NCBI GenBank assembly: GCA_009840165.1
Contig: VXOG01000091.1
Span: forward strand, 7,914 to 71,913
From: Chloroflexota bacterium
Lineage (GTDB): Bacteria > Chloroflexota > Dehalococcoidia > Lucifugimonadales > UBA3495
Length of the DNA stretch: 64,000 nt
Direction of reading: 5' to 3'
Shown: positions 35,056-42,797 of the stretch, piece after piece
Numbering within the stretch: the stretch's first letter is position 1
How the letters are laid out: every line of letters begins with the position of its first letter
Translations under genes and position numbers: made by a program
Notes under the pieces: generated by a model
The model's input: only the letters and a program-made list of their open reading frames with translations
Database searches by the model: none
Told to the model about the DNA's origin: nothing

Positions 35056-35871
35056 CTACCCATCCAGGTAGGCGAAGCTGGCGGCGAGGTTGTCGAATAC
35101 GTCGTCCGCCGACGGGATTTCCATGACGGCGGGGCCGTCGTAGGCTTTGCCCTCCAGGATCTTGCGCATGGCGTGGCAGTCGAGGTCGCCGTCGTCAACG
35201 CTGCCGATGGCAACGCCGTCGCGGGCCTGCTTGAAGTGGACGATCTTGATGTAGTCTGTGGGCAGGTTCGCCAGCTCGTCCAGCGGATGGCTGTCCGGGT
35301 GCCGGCGCAACTGGTTGGCGGGGTCGGGACACAGGCCGAGGTACCGGCCCTCCTCATCGGTCAACCGGGCGCGGGTCTCCTGAACCAGCAGGGACATGGA
35401 ACGCAGGGGTTGGCCCGAGTTTTCCATGGAGAAGATCACACCCTGCCGGGCGGCCTCGCGCACCAGCGGCGCGATGCGGGCTGCCGCCGCCGCTACATCC
35501 TCTGCGGATTCCCACGGTGTGTCGGAAGCGCCGGGATCCACGGTGCGGAGGTGGGGATTGCCGCCGCCCACCAGCCGGGCTGCCTCTAGCTGGGACTGGT
35601 ACAGGCCGCCGTCGGGGTCGATGTCGGTGGTGATGCAGGGCAGGGCCACGGCCAGGTCGAATGTGAGGTCGGGGAAACGATGCACCACTCCGGCCATGGC
35701 TTCAAGGTTGGGCCGCCAGGCGTTCCCCTCGCCGAATTCGGCGGCGCCCAGACAGGTCTGGCGCAGTTCGATGTGGCCGGCGCCGCGAGACTGGGCCTCG
35801 GCGATCAGGTCGGCCAGGTCAGTATCATCAAGCTGGTTGCGCCAGGAGTTGGTTATCGCGCCGTAGATCAT
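35056..35871 (-). CDS. Sugar phosphate isomerase/epimerase (xylose isomerase-like TIM barrel)
   Basis: 271 aa. General pattern of the family (GAGHIELR..., FSMENSG, IVHFKQA). Confidence 0.6.
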   Translation of the reverse strand: MIYGAITNSWRNQLDDTDLADLIAEAQSRGAGHIELRQTCLGAAEFGEGNAWRPNLEAMAGVVHRFPDLTFDLAVALPCITTDIDPDGGLYQSQLEAARLVGGGNPHLRTVDPGASDTPWESAEDVAAAAARIAPLVREAARQGVIFSMENSGQPLRSMSLLVQETRARLTDEEGRYLGLCPDPANQLRRHPDSHPLDELANLPTDYIKIVHFKQARDGVAIGSVDDGDLDCHAMRKILEGKAYDGPAVMEIPSADDVFDNLAASFAYLDG

Positions 35872-35946
35872 GGTTGCCCTCCTGTTGTTGCGGCGTAGCG
35901 TCGGCGGAAACTATACCCCAGCCCAGGCGGACGCTCAACTGCGCTA

Positions 35947-35955
35947 TGCTAGAAT
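35947..35955 (+). promoter_or_regulatory. Extended -10 promoter element TGCTAGAAT
   Basis: 33 nt upstream of the ATG at 35988. The same 9-mer occurs at 56867. Confidence 0.35.
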
Positions 35956-35987
35956 TAGCGCAAATTTACCAAACTGGAGGCGGCGAG

Positions 35988-36347
35988 ATGGCCGAACTGT
36001 ACAGTGAGAAATGCACCGCGTGCCGGCGGGATTCGCCCCACGTTACCAATGAAGAAATCGCCGTGCTGCATCCGTCGGTGATTGAATGGGAATTGATTGA
36101 CGAGTCGGGGATTCCCAAGCTGGACAGGCAGTTCAAGTTCCGCAACTTCGTGCAGGCCCTGGAATTCACTAACGCGCTGGGCGAGCTGGCCGAGTCGGAG
36201 GGCCACCACCCGCGCCTGACCACCGAATGGGGCCGCGTCAGCGTAACCTGGTGGACCCACAAGATCCGCAACCTGCACCGCAACGACTTCATCATGGCCG
36301 CCAAGACCGACCAACTCTACGCGGAGCATGGGCCGGCGGAGGGGTGA
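35988..36347 (+). CDS. phhB: Pterin-4-alpha-carbinolamine dehydratase (PCD/DCoH)
   Basis: 119 aa. FKFRNFVQALEFTNALGELAESEGHHPRLTTEWGRVSVTWWTH. Confidence 0.88.
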   Translation: MAELYSEKCTACRRDSPHVTNEEIAVLHPSVIEWELIDESGIPKLDRQFKFRNFVQALEFTNALGELAESEGHHPRLTTEWGRVSVTWWTHKIRNLHRNDFIMAAKTDQLYAEHGPAEG

Positions 36348-36355
36348 ATCAACGG

Positions 36356-36838
36356 ATGGACTTGAACACCCGTAAGGAGCGGTTTTCACTGGCATACATC
36401 AATGCGGTGGCAACTTATGCCGACTGCGAGGTGATTGAGCCGAAGGTTGACCGAGGCAGCGTAGATGGCATACTGAAACGGGCAACAATCGAGGAAATCA
36501 TCGGTTTCCAGGCCAAGGCCACATCCCGACATATTGTGAGCCGCGACGGTAGGCAGTTGATTTTCCCACTGCCGATGCGCGATTACGATAACCTGCGAAC
36601 TCCCGTAACCCCGTTCATCCTGATTGTTGTGCTGCTGCCGGAGGACGAAACAGAATGGCTTGCGCAGACCCATGAAGAACTTTGCTTGCACTACTGCGCC
36701 TACTGGCTGTCTCTGGCTGGTCGCCCGGAAGTAACGAACATCAACAACGTGACGGTACACGTTCCAACAACGAATGTTTTCGGCAGCAACCAATTAGCCG
36801 ATTTAATGGACAGAGCGGCAAGAGGTGAAACACTATGA
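36356..36838 (+). CDS. DUF4365-like restriction-endonuclease-fold protein
   Basis: 160 aa. RKERFSLAYINAVATYADCEVIEPKVDRGSVDGIL...IIGFQAKATS. The stop overlaps the next start (ATGA at 36835-36838). Confidence 0.55.
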   Translation: MDLNTRKERFSLAYINAVATYADCEVIEPKVDRGSVDGILKRATIEEIIGFQAKATSRHIVSRDGRQLIFPLPMRDYDNLRTPVTPFILIVVLLPEDETEWLAQTHEELCLHYCAYWLSLAGRPEVTNINNVTVHVPTTNVFGSNQLADLMDRAARGETL

Positions 36839-38139
36839 TGAGGGTGCAGATCCGCGACAAAGAAGCGCTGGAATCCCTGACCCCTGAAAACTTGCGCGCG
36901 TATCTGGAGTCGCAGGGTTGGGGGAACGATCGCCCATGGGGACAGTGGGGTACGATTCTCAGCAAGGAACATAAAGGCAAACTGTGGGAGATTGTGATCC
37001 CGCTACGGGATGAGGGCTACGGTTACGCCGAGTTTATGGGCTTGATGGTTGCCACGCTGTCCGACGCTGAAGAACGGTCACAGTTGGAAGTGTTCTATGA
37101 CCTCGCGGGCGCGGGCAGCAAAGTAACAGCGCAGGCTAATCACAAAGGAGATGTCAGGATGACTACCGCCGATCTGGGGCGCTTGGAACAGGTTGCTCTC
37201 CGCAATATCTGGATTACTGAAGCGCAGGATTTCACGCCGTGGCTGGCGCAGCCGGATAATCTGGCAGTTCTATCTGATACCCTCGGTATGGAGTTGGCAA
37301 CGGAAGGAACTGAGCGGGGGGTCGGTCCATTCCGCGCCGATATTCTCTGCCGGGATACATTGGACGACTCGTGGGTGTTGATTGAAAATCAACTGGAACG
37401 CACCGACCATAGTCACTTGGGACAATTGCTGACCTACGCTGCTGGATTACAGACCGTGACTATCGTCTGGGTTGCGGAAAAGTTTACCGATGAACATCGT
37501 GCCGCCCTGGACTGGCTGAATGAAATTACCAACGAAAAGTTTCGCTTTTTCGGCCTGGAGATCGAGCTCTGGCGGATCGGCGATTCGCCAGCAGCACCGA
37601 AGTTCAACATCGTGTCGAGGCCAAATGACTGGGTAAAAACCACGCGGGAAGCGGTCAGAAAAATCCCAGACAGTTCCTTGCAGAACGAACGTTTCTGGGA
37701 CAAGCTGGACCAACTTTTCGAGGAAAGAGGTAGCAAAACGAGGGTGAGGACCTCGCGAACCCTACCGTGGACAGCTTACCGACTTGGACTAGCAGATTTC
37801 CACGTGGAAGCTACTCTGCGGCGGCAAGCGAAGGATATTGAAGTACACCTTAGGCTTAAAGGGCCGCACTCCAAGACCCATTTTGCGCTGCTGGAGAAAG
37901 AGAAAGAAGCTATTGAAGGTGAAATCGGCGCAGCCCTCGAATGGGCAGAGATGCCGGATCAAGAGGTCAGTCGTATCAATTTGCGGCTTGACGCCGACCC
38001 AACCGATGAATCGCAATGGACGACGCAGTTGAAGTGGACGGCCGAGACGTTGGAAAAGTTCGATAGCGCATTTCGCGAACGGGTCAGGAGTCTCAATGCC
38101 GCAGATTGGCAACCCGACGATGCAACGCGGGAAGAATAG
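36835..38139 (+). CDS. PD-(D/E)XK nuclease-like + DUF4268 protein with extra 115-aa N-terminal domain
   Basis: 434 aa. The core starts near MTTADLGRLEQVALRNIWITEAQDFTPWLAQPDNLAVLSDTLGMELA...VGPFRADILCRD...WVLIENQLERTDHSHLGQLLTYAAG. C-terminal ...RFWDKL...ALEWAEMPDQEVSRINL matches the DUF4268 pattern. The N-terminal MMRVQIRDKEALESLTPENLRAYLESQGWGND... is unassigned. Confidence 0.6.
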   Translation: MMRVQIRDKEALESLTPENLRAYLESQGWGNDRPWGQWGTILSKEHKGKLWEIVIPLRDEGYGYAEFMGLMVATLSDAEERSQLEVFYDLAGAGSKVTAQANHKGDVRMTTADLGRLEQVALRNIWITEAQDFTPWLAQPDNLAVLSDTLGMELATEGTERGVGPFRADILCRDTLDDSWVLIENQLERTDHSHLGQLLTYAAGLQTVTIVWVAEKFTDEHRAALDWLNEITNEKFRFFGLEIELWRIGDSPAAPKFNIVSRPNDWVKTTREAVRKIPDSSLQNERFWDKLDQLFEERGSKTRVRTSRTLPWTAYRLGLADFHVEATLRRQAKDIEVHLRLKGPHSKTHFALLEKEKEAIEGEIGAALEWAEMPDQEVSRINLRLDADPTDESQWTTQLKWTAETLEKFDSAFRERVRSLNAADWQPDDATREE

Positions 38140-38167
38140 CCCTGCCACACAAGGAGTCCACCACCAA

Positions 38168-39190
38168 ATGAAAGTTGTCTATTCCCTGAAATCCCGCGAC
38201 CTGAACGCTGTGGCCGCCGAGGCGGCTTGGGCGGAATCGGCGGGCTACGACGGCGTGTCCACCAACGAGACGGCCCATGACTCGTTCCTGCCGCTGGCGG
38301 TGGCGGCCACGTCCACCAGCCGGGTTACGCTGGAAACCCACGTGGCCATCGCCTTCCCGCGCTCACCCATGGTGGTGGCCTACACTGCTCGCGACTTGCA
38401 GGACGGCAGCGGCGGACGGCTCCGCCTGGGTCTGGGCACGCAGGTGAAGGGACACATCGAGCGACGGTTTTCGACCCGCTGGACCGGCTCGGCGGGTTCA
38501 CGGCTGCGCGAGTACGTGCAGTCGCTGCGTACCATCTGGAATTGCTGGGACACGGGCAGCAACCTGGAGTACGACGGCGATTTCTACCAGTTCTCGCTGA
38601 TGACGCCGTTCTTCAGCCCTGGGCCGAGCGAGTACAACCCTCCGGAGGTGTACACCGCCGCCGTGAACGGCTACAACTGCCTGGTGGCCGGCGAGGTCAG
38701 CGACGGGCTGATGCTGCACAGCCTCACCTCGCCGGAGTACATCCGGCAGGTAGTGCAGCCCAACGTGGCCGAGGGCGCGCGGCGGGCCAGACGCAACCCG
38801 GAGGACGTGAACATCGTGGGCGGCGGGTTCATCGTGACCGGGCCGAATCAGGAAGCCATCCGGGAGCAGGCGGAGGTGACGCGACGGCGCATTTCGTTCT
38901 ACTCGTCAACCCGCACCTACTTCCCGGTGCTGGAGTGCCACGGGTTTGAGGACATCGGCGTGGAGCTACACCGCCTGTCCCGAGAGGGCAAGTGGGACGA
39001 GATGCCCGGGCTGGTGCCGGATGAGATGCTCCACGCTTTCGCCACCATCGGTGAGTACGATGAGATCGCCGGCAAGTTCCGCGAGAAGTACGGTGACCTA
39101 GTGGACGAGATGCACTTCTCGTTTGACGCTCCCACCGACGCCGAGCAGGCGCAATTACGGCGCATCGTGCGGGACCTCCAGGATCTGTAA
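38168..39190 (+). CDS. LLM class F420-dependent oxidoreductase
   Basis: 340 aa from MKVVYSL (aaggag RBS). AESAGYDGVSTNETAHDSFLPLAVAA...LRLGLGTQVKGHIERRF. Confidence 0.8.
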   Translation: MKVVYSLKSRDLNAVAAEAAWAESAGYDGVSTNETAHDSFLPLAVAATSTSRVTLETHVAIAFPRSPMVVAYTARDLQDGSGGRLRLGLGTQVKGHIERRFSTRWTGSAGSRLREYVQSLRTIWNCWDTGSNLEYDGDFYQFSLMTPFFSPGPSEYNPPEVYTAAVNGYNCLVAGEVSDGLMLHSLTSPEYIRQVVQPNVAEGARRARRNPEDVNIVGGGFIVTGPNQEAIREQAEVTRRRISFYSSTRTYFPVLECHGFEDIGVELHRLSREGKWDEMPGLVPDEMLHAFATIGEYDEIAGKFREKYGDLVDEMHFSFDAPTDAEQAQLRRIVRDLQDL

Positions 39191-39196
39191 TAATTT

Positions 39197-39301
39197 TCGT
39201 CATTCCGACGAAGGCCGGAATCCAGGTTAGTATGCCGCAAAGACCGTCTGGATTCCCGCTTTCGAGGGAATGACAGTCCTTCGACAGGCTCAGGATGAGC
39301 G
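39197..39301. repeat. Family A convergent pair (39197-39225, 39248-39276) plus family F motif (39277-39301)
   Basis: tcgtcattccgacgaaggccggaatccag; ctggattcccgctttcgagggaatgacag; tccttcgacaggctcaggatgagcg. Confidence 0.9.
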
Positions 39302-40029
39302 CCAATAACGCTGTGAATGGCCAACGGTTCAAGCTGGGCAGCGAGTCTGAGCTGACCTACCGGCTGAAGTGGGAAGCGTGGGAATGGCTGTACTGCGTCG
39401 CACGCTGCCGTTGCATCGGGCTGGAGGTGCGGTTGCAAGGGCCGTGGGGTTCTATCGTTGACGTAGTGGGAATCGGGCCGAATAACACGATACATGCGGT
39501 GGAGGTCAAAGTCTCCCGCTCCGATTTCGCCCGTGATAACCATACCGAGGCGGATATAGCGCGCCTGCGTAAACGCGCCGGCTCCCTGGCGCGGCGGGTC
39601 GAGTTGGCGGACGCGCCAGACTACCGGACCGCCGCCGGAGACCTGGAACGGCTGTTGCAAGAGCAGGAACGACTGCGTGACCGCCTGGCGACGGTATCCA
39701 CCAAGTTCCACGATTCGCGATTCCTGAGCATCGCCGATTACCATCACATCATGGCGCCCAGAGGCGTCGTGCTGGCGGAGATGCTGCCCGACGGATGGGG
39801 TCTGCTGGAGCCAGGGCCGCGTGAGGTCGTGAAGGCACCGGCCAAGACCGTGCGCAAGAACGGAGGCATCATGGCCAACGCGCTGCGGGCGGTGGCGCGG
39901 GCCAACGCCGCGGCCATGATGCGGGCTCACGGCGTGCGATGGAGCGAGGACGGCGCGGAGTTTCCGCGTCCGGGCGACGAGCGATTGCCCGCATACGTGC
40001 AGCGGCAACAGACGACAGACGAAACGTAA
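39295..40029 (+). CDS. MmcB-like PD-(D/E)XK nuclease-fold protein (tentative)
   Basis: 244 aa. GSIVDVVGIGPNNTIHAVEVKVSRSDFARD (D...E-x-K), followed by a coiled-coil-like insert. The annotated ATG lies inside a dispersed repeat, so the true start is uncertain. Confidence 0.45.
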   Translation: MSANNAVNGQRFKLGSESELTYRLKWEAWEWLYCVARCRCIGLEVRLQGPWGSIVDVVGIGPNNTIHAVEVKVSRSDFARDNHTEADIARLRKRAGSLARRVELADAPDYRTAAGDLERLLQEQERLRDRLATVSTKFHDSRFLSIADYHHIMAPRGVVLAEMLPDGWGLLEPGPREVVKAPAKTVRKNGGIMANALRAVARANAAAMMRAHGVRWSEDGAEFPRPGDERLPAYVQRQQTTDET

Positions 40030-40051
40030 CCTGCAATTATGGAGGAGAGCC

Positions 40052-40657
40052 ATGCCTGAGATTACGATTGATCCTAACCAAACGGCGCTGTTGATCCAGG
40101 ACATGCAGAACGAGTTGATCAAGGGCGGCGCGATGCCGGTGCAGCCGTATTCCGGCGAGGAGATCATCGCCAACAGCGTGCGGCTGCTGGAAAAGGCTCG
40201 CGCCGTCGGGATGCCGGTGATCTACGTGGTGGTGAACCGCCGCCCCGACCGTCGGGACGCGCCCCGACCGCCCTTCGGAGCGCCGGCCAGCGCAGCCGAC
40301 GCCGGCCCCCGCCTCACTGCCGGGACTCGTGACGCGGAGGTGGTGTCGGAGTTGGCGCCGCGCCCTGAGGATCCGGTGGTCATCAAGCACACCACCAGCC
40401 CGTTCAACACCACGGACATCGAGGTGTACCTGCGCCGTTTCGGCATCACGACGCTGATCCTGACCGGATACTCCACAACAGGTGTGGTCGAGGGGTCGCT
40501 GCGGGACGCGCGGGACAAGGACTACGACTGCATCGTGGTGCGCGACTGTTGCGCCGCCGGCACGTCCACCGAGCACGACGTGTGCATGAACATCATCTTC
40601 CCGCGCATGGCGTGGGTGGCAGCGGCGGACGAGGTGATTGGGGCGATTGAGGGGTAG
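40052..40657 (+). CDS. Isochorismatase-family hydrolase
   Basis: 201 aa. TALLIQDMQNE; TTLILTGYSTTGVVEGSLRDARDKDYDCIVVRDC. Confidence 0.75.
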   Translation: MPEITIDPNQTALLIQDMQNELIKGGAMPVQPYSGEEIIANSVRLLEKARAVGMPVIYVVVNRRPDRRDAPRPPFGAPASAADAGPRLTAGTRDAEVVSELAPRPEDPVVIKHTTSPFNTTDIEVYLRRFGITTLILTGYSTTGVVEGSLRDARDKDYDCIVVRDCCAAGTSTEHDVCMNIIFPRMAWVAAADEVIGAIEG

Positions 40658-40670
40658 GAGGCACGATAAT

Positions 40671-41072
40671 CTATTCCGCACTCAACTCGGGGTCATAGAT
40701 TACCGTGATTCGTCGATCTTCCGAAGTAACAATCGCCATATCGGATGGCGGCAAACTGCCGGGACGGAAATTCTGTAGATGTGCCATCAGTTCTTGTCCG
40801 AAAGCTTGGGCTTGATCATTCTGTGCTTTGTTCTTGCCGACTTTGTACAGGGTGTATCCAACGCCTGCAACAGTTCCACCCACAAGTATGGCAGGACCAA
40901 GCAAACCAAGACCGACCGCGCCGAACGCTCCCGCCACTCCTATCCTTGCCAAAGCGCCACCGAGCAAAGTCCGTCCGATCAGCATGGCTACCCCGCCTGC
41001 CACTACGGCCCCAGCCCCAGAAGCCACAGCTAACTCCTTCCCTGACTTGCGCAACTTCTCGACGTTCGGCAA
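40671..41072 (-). CDS. Glycine-zipper membrane protein, hypothetical
   Basis: 133 aa with TTG start after gaagggagag. Gly/Ala-rich TM segments: AVASGAGAVVAGGVAMLIG...GVAGAFGAVGLGLLGPAILVGGTVAGVGY. The region looks lower in GC. Confidence 0.45.
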   Translation of the reverse strand: MPNVEKLRKSGKELAVASGAGAVVAGGVAMLIGRTLLGGALARIGVAGAFGAVGLGLLGPAILVGGTVAGVGYTLYKVGKNKAQNDQAQAFGQELMAHLQNFRPGSLPPSDMAIVTSEDRRITVIYDPELSAE

Positions 41073-41146
41073 CTCTCCCTTCGTTTCGTATTGAACAATT
41101 AATCTTTGTTCGGGGAGCGTCAGCTCGAATGGTTCGTAATAAGCAG

Positions 41147-41815
41147 TTATTCAGGTTGCGCATCCCGGTCAGCAAGTTCGTACCAGTAGATTTCGCCTCT
41201 GTCGATAGTTTGCTGGACGCGGCGGTCGTTGCGGACACTAGCGACGGCGGAGTGGGTCGGTTGGCCGGTGAAGCGGGCCAGAAATTCGGCGTTTCTGATG
41301 GCGCGACGGGTATCGCGCTCGTCCCCGGTGTTCGAAGCTTCCACGGCGATATAGTGAATATTTCCGTCCGCATCGGCGGCTTCTATGACCAAATCAGCGC
41401 GCCGAAAACTTTGCAGTTCGGGCGTGGCTATGCCGGAAGTATCCGAGGTGTGCAGCAATTCCCTTAGGTCATCCCTGCTCAATACGCGTATCATCTGGAA
41501 CCCCATATTCTCGGCTATATCAGCGGCTTCGCCAATGGCGGTGTTCCGGGCGTGTTCGCCCCGCATATTCGAGATGTCGTCCTCAATCCTGGAAAACCGC
41601 CGGTCGGTTCGCTCAATGAAACCCTCCACACGGTCGTTGAACCGCCGCTGCTCCTCGATAAACTGCTCGGTGGTCGCCACGAAACGGTCGAACCGGGCAG
41701 GCAGGTTTATCAGTTCCTCAGTGAGGATTTCGCGGCGCACGGCTTCCTTCCACTCCGGGTTTTCGCGGAGCACGCGCAGCAGGTCTTCCGGTGTACTGAT
41801 GGTGACCATGGTCAA
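41147..41815 (-). CDS. Coiled-coil + C-terminal PD-(D/E)XK-like domain protein, hypothetical
   Basis: 222 aa. N-terminal helical/coiled region, then RADLVIEAADADGNIHYIAVEASNTGDERDTRRAIRNAEFL. Resembles a family common in cyanobacteria and Deinococcus-Thermus. Confidence 0.4.
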   Translation of the reverse strand: MTMVTISTPEDLLRVLRENPEWKEAVRREILTEELINLPARFDRFVATTEQFIEEQRRFNDRVEGFIERTDRRFSRIEDDISNMRGEHARNTAIGEAADIAENMGFQMIRVLSRDDLRELLHTSDTSGIATPELQSFRRADLVIEAADADGNIHYIAVEASNTGDERDTRRAIRNAEFLARFTGQPTHSAVASVRNDRRVQQTIDRGEIYWYELADRDAQPE

Positions 41816-41854
41816 CTATTCACCCAGCCTATTATACGCCAACCGCCAGCCAGC

Positions 41855-42667
41855 CTAACGGTTCAGCAGCCACCACTCATCGCTGCCCAGGTGGAACCGG
41901 ATGCGGCGGAAGCCCTCGGCGAAGGGGACGCCGCAGCGTTCACCCTGAAGCCGGCAGCCCTCGGTCATTCGCTCCAGGCGCTGGGATGCAGTGCGCGCGC
42001 TGATCTGCGACGCGTGCTGGCTCAGGGCGGCGGCCTTCATCAGAATGTGCTGCTCGTTGATCGATATAAAGGTATCGGGCCGTTCGGAACCCCAGAGCAA
42101 CGCTTCCCCGACCTGGTGCGGCTCCAGTCCCTCTGCGGCAATCTGTTCGGGGAAATCCAGCCAGCTCCAGGCGTAGGAGAATGCCGCGTCCAAGGCGGCC
42201 TGCCCGCTGTGGCGGTGGTCCCGGTGGGTGTGAGAAGTTACGCGATAGGGGTCGATTCCGAACACTACCTCGGGCTTATGCCGACGGATCTGGCGCACCA
42301 CCTCTCCCCGGTATTTGTGAGTATCTTCCAGCTCACCGTCGCCATACCGCAGAAACACCACCTCGGAAACTCCCAGGACCCTGGCGGCGTTCTGCTGCTC
42401 AATCTCACGGGTGGCCGCCAGTCCCTCCGGCGTGAATGAGCGGTCGCCGGTGCCCTTGTTGCCGTTGGTACACATGAGGATGACCACCTTGGTGCCGGAC
42501 TCGGCGATCCACTTGGCCATGGTCGCGCCGCAGCCGCCCTCGGCGTCGTCCGGATGGGGAGTAACTACCAGGGCGCAGCGCGGGGCCTGTTCCATAACGT
42601 AGGGTTCGGGGGCGTATTCCTGGTTGGGGTAGCCCCAGCCGTCGATGCCGTGGGGTCGGCTGGTCAT
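41855..42667 (-). CDS. PIG-L/LmbE family deacetylase
   Basis: 270 aa. CALVVTPHPDDAEGGCGATMAKW; HRDHRHSGQAALDA. Confidence 0.8.
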   Translation of the reverse strand: MTSRPHGIDGWGYPNQEYAPEPYVMEQAPRCALVVTPHPDDAEGGCGATMAKWIAESGTKVVILMCTNGNKGTGDRSFTPEGLAATREIEQQNAARVLGVSEVVFLRYGDGELEDTHKYRGEVVRQIRRHKPEVVFGIDPYRVTSHTHRDHRHSGQAALDAAFSYAWSWLDFPEQIAAEGLEPHQVGEALLWGSERPDTFISINEQHILMKAAALSQHASQISARTASQRLERMTEGCRLQGERCGVPFAEGFRRIRFHLGSDEWWLLNR

Positions 42668-42695
42668 GTTGATTCTCCGTGGGTTGTTGCAATGG

Positions 42696-42723
42696 GTAGG
42701 GGCGAATGATTATTCGCCCCTAC
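42696..42723. repeat. Family B palindromic repeat
   Basis: gtaggggcgaatgattattcgcccctac, downstream of the ALDH stop. Confidence 0.9.
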
Positions 42724-42797
42724 GTGGTCTGGATTCCGGCGAGTACACAGGCTACGAGATTGCCGGGTCGCTATCGCTCCTCGCAAAGACAGGCTGG

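Noticed and set aside
40052-40657. Isochorismatase-family protein with Val where many family members have the catalytic Cys (GYSTTGVVEGSLRDA).
   Set aside because: Cys-less members (true isochorismatases such as the EntB/PhzD type) are well known, so this is not unusual.
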